From Patescibacteria group bacterium (GTDB lineage Bacteria > Patescibacteriota > Minisyncoccia > Phycocordibacterales > UBA2100): a stretch of 64,000 bases of DNA. Shown piece after piece: positions 53,938 through 64,000 of this stretch. The position numbers were made by a program, and so were the translations under genes. The stretch's first letter is position 1, and each line of letters begins with the position of its first letter. The stretch covers positions 59,585-123,584 of the forward strand of contig JBBTSD010000003.1 in the NCBI GenBank assembly GCA_038064835.1. Direction: 5' to 3'. The notes below the pieces were generated by a model, which saw only the letters and a program-made list of their open reading frames with translations, searched no databases and was not told where the DNA came from.

Positions 53938-54021
53938 TGCGCCGGGGAGGATTCGAACCTCCGGAGCCCATAGGGCGACAGATTTACAGTCTGTTGCGAT
54001 TGACCACTCCGCCACCGACGC
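53938..54021 (-). tRNA. tRNA-Tyr (anticodon GUA) with a long variable arm.
   Basis: Anticodon loop CUGUAAA, variable arm CGCCCTATGGGC, T-loop GGTTCGAATCC. Confidence 0.8.
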
Positions 54022-54094
54022 ATGACATCCACTCACCTATGCAAGTAGATATGTCTTTCATAGTAGCAAAACCTGCCTCAAAAACAAAGTGCCA

Positions 54095-54367
54095 TTAAAA
54101 CCGCCGCACCCCTACGATCATCCTACCTGCGCTGAGCGCACCGCGTGCGGTGTGTTTGGTATCAGGATCAAATTCAACACGGTCTCCCTCGTGGTAGACA
54201 TGGATACCGTTGTCGTCAGTGATCGTCAGTTCACCACTCACAATGACATGCACTGTGCGATCTTCGTGCACATGGACACCTGAATCAAAATTCGCTGGTA
54301 TGTCTACCCCCTGCACATCACTATACCCTTCATCAATAAGACCCTTAATTATTTCTTGCTCATTCAT
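54095..54367 (-). CDS. Small cupin-domain protein.
   Basis: VHVHEDRTVHVIVSGEL...YHEGDRVEF. Confidence 0.65.
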   Translation of the reverse strand: MNEQEIIKGLIDEGYSDVQGVDIPANFDSGVHVHEDRTVHVIVSGELTITDDNGIHVYHEGDRVEFDPDTKHTARGALSAGRMIVGVRRF

Positions 54368-54409
54368 ACACACAGTATAGCAAAACGCCCACCAAGGTGG
54401 GCGCTCTTT

Positions 54410-55492
54410 TCAGTGAAAGATCGGTCTATAACGCAGCTTGAATGCTTTTGACGGATCCTCGTGGAACCCGAATGGGCGCAACTTATCACCCCCTTCGATG
54501 GCAATCATCGCGTCAATGGCGCGGGCCGACTCCACAATATTTACTGTCCCGGGACAAGGTTTCAATCCATAAAACCGCGGCCCGTTCACGCACAAAAACG
54601 CTTCAAGTTTGTCGAGTGCGCCGGCATTCGCGAATGCCTGTGCGTATAGTTCAACCATGATGTGTGCAGAGAAGACCCCGCCTGCACAGCCCGCAGCTCG
54701 TTCTTTTGCATGCGTCGGGTGGGGAGCTGAATCGGTCCCCGCTGACACGAAGCCAAACCCTCCTGTCGCAAGCGCAATCACAGCATCGCGCGACTTTTTC
54801 CGTTTGAGAATCGGATAGCAGAACAGGTGTGGCTGCCAACCATCCTCATGCAAGTCGCGACGATCGAACAACAGATGCTGAGCCGTGATAGTGCACACCA
54901 CTTGTCCTGTTTTGCCATAGCTCATCATGAACCGTGCTGTCGCTTCGTCTGTCACATGTTCCACAGACAAGCGCAGTGTTGGGTATCGATAGAGCAATTC
55001 TTCCAGTGTGTCAACAAAAAGTCGCTCTCGGTCGTAGGGATCCACAATGTCCCCATGTAAGGCATTTACTTCCGGATGAAGCAGTAGTGGCATGCCTATA
55101 TCCGCCATAACGGGAAGCGCCGGGTGCGTGAGCAAGTCACGAGCCGCAACACCCTCGTTCGAATGGGTTGTTGCACCTGGCGGATACACTTTCATGCCAT
55201 GCCATTTTCCTTTCTTGTACCCATGCGCGATATCTATAGGGTCAGTTTTTGGCGTCAGATAACCCGTCACGAGAGGGACAAAATTCTCACCGACGACAGG
55301 GTGCGACGCAAAGAGGATTTCATTCCTGTATGCATCGGCGTCGTCGGGGGTGAGGATGTGTGGCGTCGCCGTGTTCGGCATTACGACAGCACCCCAACAC
55401 TGCCGTGCAGTGTAGGGCACAACCGTGCGAAGCATCGCTCCACGACGAAAATGCACATGAGAATCAAAGGGTATGTAGTTGAGCGTGGTCAT
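54410..55492 (-). CDS. pyrC: Dihydroorotase (type II).
   Basis: DSHVHFRRG...MPNTATP. GGAG RBS before MTTLNYIPFD. Confidence 0.8.
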   Translation of the reverse strand: MTTLNYIPFDSHVHFRRGAMLRTVVPYTARQCWGAVVMPNTATPHILTPDDADAYRNEILFASHPVVGENFVPLVTGYLTPKTDPIDIAHGYKKGKWHGMKVYPPGATTHSNEGVAARDLLTHPALPVMADIGMPLLLHPEVNALHGDIVDPYDRERLFVDTLEELLYRYPTLRLSVEHVTDEATARFMMSYGKTGQVVCTITAQHLLFDRRDLHEDGWQPHLFCYPILKRKKSRDAVIALATGGFGFVSAGTDSAPHPTHAKERAAGCAGGVFSAHIMVELYAQAFANAGALDKLEAFLCVNGPRFYGLKPCPGTVNIVESARAIDAMIAIEGGDKLRPFGFHEDPSKAFKLRYRPIFH

Positions 55493-55542
55493 CTCTGGTC
55501 TCCGATTCCGCACGAACCTTATCAGGTCATACCCTCTACAGC

Positions 55543-55570
55543 AACAAAAAACCGCATCCGAAGATGCGGC
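55543..55570 (-). terminator. Hairpin plus U-run between pyrD and pyrC. Either a terminator or an attenuator.
   Basis: The minus strand reads ccgcatc ttcg gatgcgg followed by tttttt. Confidence 0.55.
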
Positions 55571-55589
55571 CGATTTTAATTTTCCTGCT

Positions 55590-56492
55590 CTACACAACTA
55601 CCTCTTCCACGAGCGCTTCACTGAGAATCTCGCCAAATACCTTTGGCCCATATTGGAAGAAATGGGTACCTACTTGCACAGCAGCTGCACCTGCCCGCAC
55701 CATGTCTCGCACATCGGCACCGCATGAGATGCCGCCCACACCAACCACTCGCACCCTACCAGGAAGCGCGGCGCGCAATTGCGCAACCTGGCCAAGCGCA
55801 ACAGGCTTCAGCACCTTGCCGCTCACACCTGCAAGCCCATTGCCAGAAATGACTGGCTTTCCTCCCCAATAGGCAATGCCATTTGGCAGTGTGTTCGTAG
55901 CGACCACCGCATCGACTATCTCATTCATGATTGGTGACTTTGCCACTCGACGCAGAAGTCCTGGGTCGCTGTATGGTGACAGCTTGAGCGACAACGGGAC
56001 AAGATCCTGTGTATAATTCCACACATTCACCACGGTCTGCTCAAGAAAATCAGGATCGAACGAAGGTATGATCTTTTGCTCTGCACTATCGCCATCCCAT
56101 ACATTCGGACAGCCTAAATTTAATTCGATTGCGTCCGCACCACCTTCGAGTGCGATCTCGGCCAGACTCACATATTCTCCGATACTAAAGCCAGCAAGGC
56201 TCACCGTAAGCTCCTTGCCTGCATCGCGCACCTTGCGCCCGATTTCTGGCAAATGCTTTCGATAGTACTCAGAACCGGGATTCCGAAGGCCAACACGGTT
56301 CAAGGCAAATGAGCCATCGTCCGACACCCAAAAAGTGGGCTCTGGTTCGCCTTGTCGCTCGATCATGGTGATAGAGCCCAGCACCACATCCGTGACTGGT
56401 GTTTTGAGCAACGGCTCAACATCGCTCACCACCTTGACTATGCCGGCGGCGTTCATGATGCGTATATCGTCAATGCGCATTTGTATCCCCAT
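55590..56492 (-). CDS. pyrD: Dihydroorotate dehydrogenase, class 1 catalytic subunit.
   Basis: IELNLGCPNV and GAAAVQVGT. The start is uncertain. Confidence 0.8.
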   Translation of the reverse strand: MGIQMRIDDIRIMNAAGIVKVVSDVEPLLKTPVTDVVLGSITMIERQGEPEPTFWVSDDGSFALNRVGLRNPGSEYYRKHLPEIGRKVRDAGKELTVSLAGFSIGEYVSLAEIALEGGADAIELNLGCPNVWDGDSAEQKIIPSFDPDFLEQTVVNVWNYTQDLVPLSLKLSPYSDPGLLRRVAKSPIMNEIVDAVVATNTLPNGIAYWGGKPVISGNGLAGVSGKVLKPVALGQVAQLRAALPGRVRVVGVGGISCGADVRDMVRAGAAAVQVGTHFFQYGPKVFGEILSEALVEEVVV

Positions 56493-56587
56493 TCGTTTTC
56501 CTTGTCCGCCGGGCACTATATAGGAGGCATAGATGCAGGGCAACAGAAAATGACTTGCGCAGGCAAGTCATCCATTAGCTTTTTCGG

Positions 56588-57115
56588 CTATTCTTTCTTG
56601 CACCTGTTTGAGCCTTGCGATTTGTTTAGCAAGATGCTTCTGCTCACGCACTTGGCAGCCTCCTTCATGACTGATTCGACGCACTCAAAGACTGATTGTC
56701 CAGTCGCATGGTACAGCGTGGGAGGATTTGACATCGGCGGCTTCGTCAAAGTGCACTCAAAGAAGTTCACCCTTCGCGCACTCCCCACAAAGGAGCAGCT
56801 GAGGGTCCCAAAGCCAGCGTCTCCAAAGAAGGCCCGCACCGCGAACGCGTCCAGCTCGGAATCGGACCAGCCTGCATTTGTGCGCGAATCGCTCGGCACA
56901 CTGATGCTTCCCAAATATGCGTCGAGCGCCGCAATACCCTGCGAAAGCGTTTCCTTGGTGAGTTCGCACCGCGAGAGCAAGTCGGGGAGGAGTTTGGTCT
57001 CGAGTATCACTCGAAATTGATGCCGCTGCGGAGTGCTGTACCCGCCTTCGTTTGCGGCATGAACAATCAGTGTGGCGTCTCGCACCAAAACGAGAAAGTT
57101 CTCTATGTGACGCAT
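56588..57115 (-). CDS. Hypothetical 175-aa protein.
   Basis: Strong AAGGAG RBS 8 nt upstream of ATG. Not identifiable. Confidence 0.45.
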   Translation of the reverse strand: MRHIENFLVLVRDATLIVHAANEGGYSTPQRHQFRVILETKLLPDLLSRCELTKETLSQGIAALDAYLGSISVPSDSRTNAGWSDSELDAFAVRAFFGDAGFGTLSCSFVGSARRVNFFECTLTKPPMSNPPTLYHATGQSVFECVESVMKEAAKCVSRSILLNKSQGSNRCKKE

Positions 57116-57169
57116 CAGTTGTTCTCCTTTTCCTAGGGGTTTCTAACACAAAAGTTTTCAAAATCCAAA

Positions 57170-57205
57170 CAAAAACACCACGCGTTGCGTGGTGTTTTTG
57201 TGTCT
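57170..57205. terminator. Bidirectional intrinsic terminator after clpB.
   Basis: aaaaacaccacgc gtt gcgtggtgtttttg. Confidence 0.75.
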
Positions 57206-57229
57206 TTCTATCTATTGCCGGACGAGCCC

Positions 57230-59917
57230 TTAGACCATTACTTTTGCGCGAGCACGAGCACCGCGAGGTTTTTCAATCAATTTTTTAGTGACTCGCACCA
57301 CCACTTCGTTTTCAACAACATCCACCACCACCGCGCCACCTTCCATCATGCGCTCAGTAATCATGCTGTGGGCAACGGGGTTGAGAATTTTTGTTTGAAT
57401 AAGCCGTTTGAGTGGACGCGCGCCATATTGTGGGTTATACCCCTCTCGTGCCAAATATTCGTACACCGCGTCAGTAAGCTTGAGTGTAATGTCTTTCTCT
57501 TTGAGACGGTCTTCGACTTGCTTGACCTGGATATCGACAATCGTGCGTACCGCTTCGCGGGACAGTATATTGAAGAGAATGATTTCGTCGAGACGGTTGA
57601 GGAACTCGGGACGGAAATATTCCTTGAGGGAGCTCATGACTTTGAGCTTTACCTGATCGTAGCGATCATTTTCGCTCGCCTTCGCCCCTGCGTTAAAGCC
57701 AAGGCTCGACAGGCGATCAATGAATTCGGCACCAATATTCGAAGTGAGTACAATAACCGAATTCTTGAAATTGACTACGCGACCTTTCGCATCGGTCAAA
57801 CGCCCGTTATCAAGCACCTGCAAAAGAATGTTGAATACTTCAGGATGCGCTTTTTCAATTTCGTCGAAAAGGATAACCGAATAGGGGCGGTGGCGAACAC
57901 GCTCGGTAAGACCGCCCCCCTCGTCGTGTCCGACATAGCCCGGTGGTGAACCAATGATTTTCGAGACGGAATGCTTTTCCATGTACTCACTCATGTCCAC
58001 TCGAATGAGCGCATTCTCATCGTCAAAAATCTGGGCCGCAAGCGCACGCGTGAGCTCGGTCTTGCCGACACCAGTTGGGCCGAGGAATAGAAACGAACCA
58101 ATTGGGCGATTCGGATCTGAAATACCGGCGCGAGATCGCTTGATAGCATCAGCGATTTTTTGCACAGCCTCGTCTTGTCCGATAACGCGGCTTTTAAGCT
58201 GATCTTCCATGCGCGCGAGTTTCTCGACTTCCGCTTCGAGCATGCGCGATACTGGCACGCCCGTCCATCGAGACACAACACCTGCAATGTCTTCTTCAAC
58301 GATTTCCTCGCGAAGAACACGGCGAGTGCTTTGCAATTTTTTAAGCCGCTTCATTTTTACCTCCAATTCGCGCTCAAGTTGTGGGATTTTGGCATAACGA
58401 ATTTCAGCGGCCTTGGTGAGATCGGCAACTGCTTCTGCTGATTCGGCTTCGCGCCTCAGTAATTCCAAATCTTCCTTGTGTCGTTTTATTTCGACAAGAG
58501 TTTCTTTTTCATTCTTCCACTTCAGTTCGAGTTCATGTGTTCCTTCTTTGAGATTGGCAATTTCCTTTTCAATGGCGCGCACGCGAGTAACCGCTTTCTT
58601 TTTGCCCTCCTCAGCATCCTTCTTGAGTGCCTCGCGTTCAATTTCAAGGCGTAATACTTTGCGGTGTGCCTCTTCGAGAGCCGGTGGCATATTTTCAAGA
58701 CTAAGGCGCAGTGCAGATGCAGATTCATCAATCAAATCAATTGCCTTGTCGGGCAAAAATCGCTCGGTAATGTACCGGCTAGAAAGCTCGACAGCCGCAA
58801 CGATTGCATCGTCGGTAATGCGCACGCCATGGAACAACTCGTACTTCTCTTTGAGTCCTCGCAAGATTGCAACAGCATCATCAATGCTTGGCTCTTGCAC
58901 AAAGATTGGCTGGAACCTACGCGTGAGTGCCGGATCGCGCTCAATGTGTTTTTGATACTCCTTGATAGTGGTTGCACCGATCATGCGCAACTCGCCGCGC
59001 GCAAGCGCGGGCTTGAGCATATTGGATGCGTCCATGGCACCCTCGGCGGCACCGGCGCCAACAATCGTGTGCAGCTCATCAATAAAGAGAATGATGTTGC
59101 CTTCAGCTTTCTCGACTTCCTTCATGACGGTCTTCAGGCGCTCTTCGAATTCACCGCGGTACTTAGTCCCGGCAATCAATAGACCCAGATCAAGCATGAC
59201 CAACTGTTTGCCACGCAAAGATTCAGGCACATCACCGTTGGCCATTCGCTGGGCAAGACCCTCGGCAATCGCGGTTTTGCCTACACCCGCTTCACCGATA
59301 AGAATTGGGTTGTTTTTGGTGCGTCGCGAAAGAATCTGAATAACTCGCGTAATTTCTTGGTCACGACCAATGACCGGATCCAGCTTGTTCTCCTTAGCCA
59401 TGTCGGTAAGCGAACGGGCGAAACGCGCAAGTGAACGAGGCTTCTTTTCGCCTTCGACATCATGTACCTTCCCTTCTTTTATATCTGAAAGCACGCGCCC
59501 CACGGCAGTGCGTTGGATGCGAAAACGAGCCAATACTTCATTTGCTGGTCCCGGATGTTCGAGCGCCGCGAGAAGCAAGTGTTCGGTTGAAACAAACTGA
59601 TCGTTGAAACTCGCGGCAACACGCGGTGCCGCTTCGAATACCTGTGCAAGCTCGGGAGTGATGTACAGCTGAAACGACGGCGATGCCACCATGCCACCTG
59701 GCCCTGTGTCGAGAAGTTCGAGTACAGAATCGGTTAGGTGCGTGGTGTCTACTTGAATCTGCTCAAGGATAGAAAGCACCATGCTTTCTTCTTGGGTTAA
59801 GAGTGCGGCAAGAAGATGCAAAGGGTTTACCTGATTTTGCCCGCGCTCAACGGCAATCTGATGTGCCCGATGCACTGCCTCCTTCGCTTTCGTCGTATAG
59901 TTGCTGAATGGTGTCAT
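57230..59917 (-). CDS. clpB: Chaperone ClpB (two AAA+ modules plus a coiled-coil M-domain).
   Basis: Clp_N repeats, [11 protein letters not shown]-domain coiled coil, GPTGVGKTE, and the sensor-2 region. Confidence 0.95.
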   Translation of the reverse strand: MTPFSNYTTKAKEAVHRAHQIAVERGQNQVNPLHLLAALLTQEESMVLSILEQIQVDTTHLTDSVLELLDTGPGGMVASPSFQLYITPELAQVFEAAPRVAASFNDQFVSTEHLLLAALEHPGPANEVLARFRIQRTAVGRVLSDIKEGKVHDVEGEKKPRSLARFARSLTDMAKENKLDPVIGRDQEITRVIQILSRRTKNNPILIGEAGVGKTAIAEGLAQRMANGDVPESLRGKQLVMLDLGLLIAGTKYRGEFEERLKTVMKEVEKAEGNIILFIDELHTIVGAGAAEGAMDASNMLKPALARGELRMIGATTIKEYQKHIERDPALTRRFQPIFVQEPSIDDAVAILRGLKEKYELFHGVRITDDAIVAAVELSSRYITERFLPDKAIDLIDESASALRLSLENMPPALEEAHRKVLRLEIEREALKKDAEEGKKKAVTRVRAIEKEIANLKEGTHELELKWKNEKETLVEIKRHKEDLELLRREAESAEAVADLTKAAEIRYAKIPQLERELEVKMKRLKKLQSTRRVLREEIVEEDIAGVVSRWTGVPVSRMLEAEVEKLARMEDQLKSRVIGQDEAVQKIADAIKRSRAGISDPNRPIGSFLFLGPTGVGKTELTRALAAQIFDDENALIRVDMSEYMEKHSVSKIIGSPPGYVGHDEGGGLTERVRHRPYSVILFDEIEKAHPEVFNILLQVLDNGRLTDAKGRVVNFKNSVIVLTSNIGAEFIDRLSSLGFNAGAKASENDRYDQVKLKVMSSLKEYFRPEFLNRLDEIILFNILSREAVRTIVDIQVKQVEDRLKEKDITLKLTDAVYEYLAREGYNPQYGARPLKRLIQTKILNPVAHSMITERMMEGGAVVVDVVENEVVVRVTKKLIEKPRGARARAKVMV

Positions 59918-59974
59918 ATAAGAGACTCCTTCTACTAGACGAATAAATTACGATGCTGGCGTATTAGTACCCCA

Positions 59975-60817
59975 TTAAATTAACGGCGTACTGGTAGCCT
60001 TCTTCTCAGACGAATCTGCGTTCAGTGAGCTTACAAGATTTTTAAGTAATGCGACAGTCACCAGCTTGTCGGTACCTACGAACATCCCGATAATAGCACC
60101 ATCAGTGTTTACCACCGGAGAGCCGTCTACAAACGCAGCGGTCACGATATCAGCCTCAAATGAAGTCTGTAGGCTACCTGCTTTGTCGTCTTCGTGCACC
60201 TCGGTGACGATGCCAGTGAGCACTTTGCTGTTGCTAGTGCCTGTGAGAGCGATGATAGTCTGCCCGAGCGTGAGCGGGTCGGTTCCGAGCACGCTTGCGG
60301 GTAGCGCGGGTGAGGTAGTGGGTTCATTCAGTTCGAGTAGGGCAAGTCCTTGTTTAACATTCAAAGAGACAACCCGTGCCGTTATAGTGTGATCGGCAAG
60401 CGCAACCGCATATACCGCATCGACTTTCGCATCTGGAATAGCGCCAATAGCATACCCTTTTGCAATGACTATGCCCCGTGCAAGGAAAACACCTGGGTCA
60501 GCTTCGGTGCCTCGGGTATAAAATTTGACCAAGCTAGGTCGGACGCGCGCAACTGCCTGCGCCACCATGTCGCTTTCCTTTACTACAACAGTCTTTTCTC
60601 GCGTAATCACTGTGGCGGTTTGTGTTTCGTGTGGCACCACGCGCTCGACGGTGCGCTCGACAATACGATTGATGGTTTGAGGGATCACCGGCGGTGCCTG
60701 CTCCATCAAAGACACCGTCACGATTCCTGTCGCAATTGATGTGACAAAACTCACCAACAGGGTGAGAAGAATTATTTGAGACTTATTCAATTTTTCCATG
60801 TCCATGATAGTAATCAT
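59975..60817 (-). CDS. Membrane-anchored trypsin-like (S1/HtrA-like) domain protein, possibly catalytically degenerate.
   Basis: DGSPVVNTDGAIIGM resembles GNSGGPLVN..G.VIGI. N-terminal TM. Confidence 0.45.
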   Translation of the reverse strand: MITIMDMEKLNKSQIILLTLLVSFVTSIATGIVTVSLMEQAPPVIPQTINRIVERTVERVVPHETQTATVITREKTVVVKESDMVAQAVARVRPSLVKFYTRGTEADPGVFLARGIVIAKGYAIGAIPDAKVDAVYAVALADHTITARVVSLNVKQGLALLELNEPTTSPALPASVLGTDPLTLGQTIIALTGTSNSKVLTGIVTEVHEDDKAGSLQTSFEADIVTAAFVDGSPVVNTDGAIIGMFVGTDKLVTVALLKNLVSSLNADSSEKKATSTPLI

Positions 60818-60898
60818 AGTACTACAAATGAAAGCAATTTACAGTGTGTATAGTTGAAGTGTTTACAGAGAGGGCGCGGCACGAGGCCGCGCCCTCTA

Positions 60899-61459
60899 TC
60901 ATGCGCCGAACAGTCTGGCGATTGCACCGACAATGATGAACGCGATCGTTGCGTTCCCCAGAACCATCACCCCTTCGATTAACGCAAGTGGCGAAAGCAT
61001 CCTGATGCCGTGTACTGGCGTTGCACCAGGCGCCATCGGAGCATTCTTACGAGACGCACAGACCGGACATGGACCACTTGTAGATGCGGTGGCATTGAGC
61101 CATGCCTTAACCCGATCAGGAAGCATCGGGGTGATAGAAACCCTGCCTCCTGTAAGTGCGGAGAGCGTCTGAAGCGCCCATCCCAATCCTGTCCCAGCTC
61201 GTCGCCAAAGCATTCCAGCCGTTTGCCCTGTCGCCGATCCCCAGCCGTCTTTCAACCAGTGGTAGCCGAAGTAGATGACGACGGCGATTACCACCAACTT
61301 GATGATATCGCCGAGGATCCAGGTGACAAACCAGAAGGTCCAGCTGACCGCTTTTGTCAGCACCCACCACACGGTATTCAATGCCGTGAGCGGCATGAAG
61401 TACAGCAAGATGGCCACTGCGAGAGCAGTCAGTGCGAGAATCAATTTTACCTGCACCAT
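60899..61459 (-). CDS. Hypothetical polytopic membrane protein.
   Basis: AAGAAGG RBS. Four hydrophobic helices. Confidence 0.5.
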   Translation of the reverse strand: MVQVKLILALTALAVAILLYFMPLTALNTVWWVLTKAVSWTFWFVTWILGDIIKLVVIAVVIYFGYHWLKDGWGSATGQTAGMLWRRAGTGLGWALQTLSALTGGRVSITPMLPDRVKAWLNATASTSGPCPVCASRKNAPMAPGATPVHGIRMLSPLALIEGVMVLGNATIAFIIVGAIARLFGA

Positions 61460-61512
61460 CCCTTCTTTCTACGGCTCTAGTGCCGCTCTTTCTATTATAC
61501 AATAAATGATTC

Positions 61513-62700
61513 CTATTGCAAGAGCGCTGCAGGATTGGCAACAATCTCCGCAAGGCACCTAGTTGCCCTGTGTACGGCCTCTTCGTCCGTCTCTTTCCCA
61601 AATGAAAAACGCAATGATGCTGTCGCCCGCCATGAATCACCGCCCAGCAATTTGACCACACGGGATTCTCGTTCATTTTCTTCACAGGATATCTTTGTCG
61701 AGATGGCGATTCCTTGGTGGTCGAGTGCGAGCGCAACATACTCAGCATCGATGTTTGGAATCGAAATGTTTGCCACATGCGGTAACATATTCCGCCCCGC
61801 ACCATTCACGACAATCCCAGGAATAAGCGCAGTTGCTTCATGAATGAACGCTTCGCGCAGATTCTGTAGTCGCGCAGATTCATCTGCTCTGTCGCGCACA
61901 ATAGTTGTGTATGCGGCGGCAAATCCACATGCAAGCGCGACATTTTCTGTCCCGGCACGCAACCCCTTTTCTTGGCCACCACCCAGCAATTGCGGACGCA
62001 CCAGCGTTCCTTCGCGCAGATACAGCGCACCCACACCCCGTGGCCCATATAATTTTCCTGAATCGAGTGTGAGCAAGTCGACACCCAAACCCTGCGGGAT
62101 TCCTCTGTGATACAGCGGTGCCTGCCCCGCATCACTATGGAACACTATTTTTGTCGCGGTGGCTTTTTCATATGCACGAATGCAGTCACTTAAATCACCC
62201 AAGGGCTGTATCACACCAATCTCGCTGTTTGCCCAACCAATCGACACGAACCGCGTCTGCGGCGTAAGCAGCTTCACCAAAGCATCAGGGCGAATTTCTC
62301 CTTTGTCATCGGGCTCTATGAGTGACACCTGCACACCCTGCTTTTCCAGAGCTAAGACAGGCTCGATCACCGATGGATGCTCCAATGCCGACACTACAAT
62401 ATGGATATCCGAGTATGGCACACCTGCATCAGCCAGGGCACTGATGCTCCCTGTTATAGCCAGGTTGTTTCCTTCAGTGCCACCACTCGTAAAAATGAGT
62501 TGCCCTTCCTTGCATTGCAACGGTCGAGCAAGCGTGCGTCGCGCTTCTGTAAGAGCCCCTTTTGCAAGAACGCCTTCTTGATGAAGTCCGCTAGGATTCC
62601 CGGGAAAGCGCACAACCGCGTCCGCATACGCGTCTTGTGCCTCGGCACATACCGGCGTCGCCGCGGCATAATCGAGATATATTCGTTGTCTATCGGTCAT
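61513..62700 (-). CDS. Cysteine desulfurase (class V aminotransferase, IscS/NifS-like).
   Basis: FTSGGTEGNN and DSGKLYGPRGVGALYLR (PLP Lys). Confidence 0.85.
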   Translation of the reverse strand: MTDRQRIYLDYAAATPVCAEAQDAYADAVVRFPGNPSGLHQEGVLAKGALTEARRTLARPLQCKEGQLIFTSGGTEGNNLAITGSISALADAGVPYSDIHIVVSALEHPSVIEPVLALEKQGVQVSLIEPDDKGEIRPDALVKLLTPQTRFVSIGWANSEIGVIQPLGDLSDCIRAYEKATATKIVFHSDAGQAPLYHRGIPQGLGVDLLTLDSGKLYGPRGVGALYLREGTLVRPQLLGGGQEKGLRAGTENVALACGFAAAYTTIVRDRADESARLQNLREAFIHEATALIPGIVVNGAGRNMLPHVANISIPNIDAEYVALALDHQGIAISTKISCEENERESRVVKLLGGDSWRATASLRFSFGKETDEEAVHRATRCLAEIVANPAALLQ

Positions 62701-62787
62701 AGTACAATCCTACGCGTCTTAAAGAAATTGAAAAGACTATATCTATCCCCACCTAGAATTCTCGGGCCATGCTACTATACTGCACTT

Positions 62788-63255
62788 ATGTTTCCGATTG
62801 ATACCTCTGTGCTCGCTAGTGGTCTACTGGTCCTCACCGGTGCTGTTATTGGCTGGGTTATTTTTACTGAAATACGCCTACGGCGTTTTCTGAGCGGCCA
62901 GAATGGAAAAAGTATGGAGGGGATTATTCGCGACGCAGTGCGCACGCACGGCGATGTCCTCAAAACACAGGACGCCTCGGTCGCCCGAATTACGAATCTT
63001 GAGTTGGCATTGCAACAAGTCGTGCGCGGTATTGGTGTCGTGCGTTTCAATGCACTCACCGGCGACACCAGTGGCAACCAAAGTTTTTCTATTGCCCTCC
63101 TTTCTCCCCAAGGAAATGGGGTAGTAATTTCCAGCATTCATGCGCGAGAAAGCGGTCGCATCTATGCCAAAGTAGTGAACGCCTTTTCCTCGCCACACGA
63201 ATTGACCGACGAAGAAAAAAAGGCTATTGTGGAAGCACAGAAACGATGTGCGTAA
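62788..63255 (+). CDS. DUF4446-like small membrane protein.
   Basis: N-terminal TM, then a coiled region and a conserved GNQSFSIALL...VVISSIHARE block. The in-frame start was moved to ATG 62788. Confidence 0.4.
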   Translation: MFPIDTSVLASGLLVLTGAVIGWVIFTEIRLRRFLSGQNGKSMEGIIRDAVRTHGDVLKTQDASVARITNLELALQQVVRGIGVVRFNALTGDTSGNQSFSIALLSPQGNGVVISSIHARESGRIYAKVVNAFSSPHELTDEEKKAIVEAQKRCA

Positions 63256-63285
63256 CACCGCACCTTCGCCTATGAATTACCTCTA

Positions 63286-64000
63286 TGTCAGTAGCTTCTA
63301 CAAAACTAACAAAGCGTCCTCCTGTGGTGGTTATCATGGGGCATGTCGACCACGGTAAATCTTCCCTTCTCGACTATATCCGCAAAACCAATGTTGTCGC
63401 CGGTGAGTCCGGTGGCATCACACAGCATGTCGCCGCATATGAAGTCGAGCATGATAATGACGGCAAAAAAGAGCGAATCACCTTTATCGATACTCCCGGC
63501 CATGCCGCATTCCAGGCAATCCGTGAGCGCGGAGCCAATGTTGCCGATATCGCCGTGCTTGTTGTAGCGGCTGATGATGGCGTCAAGGCCCAGACACTCG
63601 AGGCGCTGAAAAGTATCCGCGAGAGCAAGATTCCCTTTGTCGTTGCCATCAATAAAATCGACAAGCCCAACGCCGATATCGAACGCACCAAGGCAAGCCT
63701 TCTCGAGAAAGAAGTTTTTCTGGAAAAGCTTGGCGGTGATGTGCCGTGGGCACTCATTTCGGCAAAAACCGGCGAAGGTATTACGGAATTGCTCGATCTT
63801 ATTCTTATCGCTATTGAAATGCAGGAAGTGACCGGCGACAAAGACGCGTCAGCGACTGGCTTTGTTATCGAAGCCCACCGCGACCCCAAACGCGGAGTGG
63901 CTGCAACACTCATCATCAAAAACGGCACGCTCAAAACCGGCATGGCTATGATTGCAGGAGATGCAATTGCTCCACTGCGCATTGTCGAAGACCACCTGGG
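63286..64000 (+). CDS. infB: Translation initiation factor IF-2. Partial, continuing past the window end. It begins directly with the G-domain.
   Basis: Hand translation gives MSVASTKLTKRPPVVVIMGHVDHGKSSLLDYIRKTNVVAGESGGITQHV...DTPGHAAF...NKIDKP. Confidence 0.9.

Noticed and set aside
59918-59975. Searched for CIRCE/CtsR heat-shock operator upstream of clpB.
   Set aside because: There is no TTAGCACTC-N9-GAGTGCTAA or GGTCAAA-type repeat.
61010-61805. ORFs 61010..61480 (+) and 61116..61805 (-).
   Set aside because: They overlap a membrane-protein gene that has a good RBS, and the cysteine desulfurase. Their composition is consistent with off-frame noise.
1-64000. Mobile-element hallmarks (integrase, transposase, phage genes) and rRNA.
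   Set aside because: None were recognised. The tRNA-flanked rpmG insertion and the palindromic repeats are the only mobile-like signals, and neither includes a recombinase.

Overview
The window is a 64-kb stretch of a compact, gene-dense bacterial chromosome. I judged GC by eye as moderately high (roughly mid-50s %); it was not computed. Most genes are tightly spaced on both strands, with many convergent gene pairs that share bidirectional hairpin terminators.

Housekeeping genes I am confident of:
- Translation and RNA: typA/bipA, obg, serS, rpmG (ribosomal protein L33, absent from the supplied ORF track because it lies in another frame), infB (partial, starts directly in the GTPase domain), miaA, a tRNA-dihydrouridine synthase, and four tRNAs (Gln-UUG, Leu-CAA, Trp-CCA, Tyr-GUA).
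- Replication and DNA handling: dnaX (short form), topA, dprA, parB, and a PIF1/RecD-like helicase with a C-terminal HTH.
- Nucleotide metabolism: guaB, pyrF, pyrE, and a pyrD-pyrC pair separated by a hairpin.
- Stress and protein handling: clpB, a short rel/spoT, a cyclophilin, an M20 peptidase, a cysteine desulfurase, an L,D-transpeptidase and a PAP2 phosphatase.

Family-level or accessory calls:
- A membrane-anchored copper nitrite reductase (NirK-type), with a cupredoxin elsewhere and a divergent FAD-linked oxidase next to it.
- An 886-aa fusion of acyltransferase, phosphopantetheine carrier domain and acyl-activating (Aas-like) enzyme.
- A 26.2-29.0 kb run of small VOC/PhnB/SRPBCC/DUF1801/DUF1653 genes.
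- A Fic protein, a GIY-YIG nuclease, and a large secreted protein carrying an alpha/beta-hydrolase, a Pro/Thr-rich linker and a lamin-tail domain.
- A degenerate HTH/LAGLIDADG-like ORF inserted between rpmG and tRNA-Trp.

Non-coding structure I can see directly:
- A family of near-identical palindromic elements at three 3' intergenic sites.
- A roughly 60-nt sequence block conserved upstream of two unrelated genes.
- Several textbook sigma70 promoters (TTGACA-17-TATAAT) that drive small basic ORFs with their own terminators.
- An 87-bp tandem repeat that is coding.
- Apparent leaderless starts on several genes.

I found no rRNA, CRISPR array, integrase or transposase. Gene content (short IF-2, short DnaX, lamin-tail-domain protein, NirK) is compatible with a streamlined lineage such as the Patescibacteria/CPR, but that is inference, not demonstrated. 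All domain calls rest on motif recognition by eye, without database searches.
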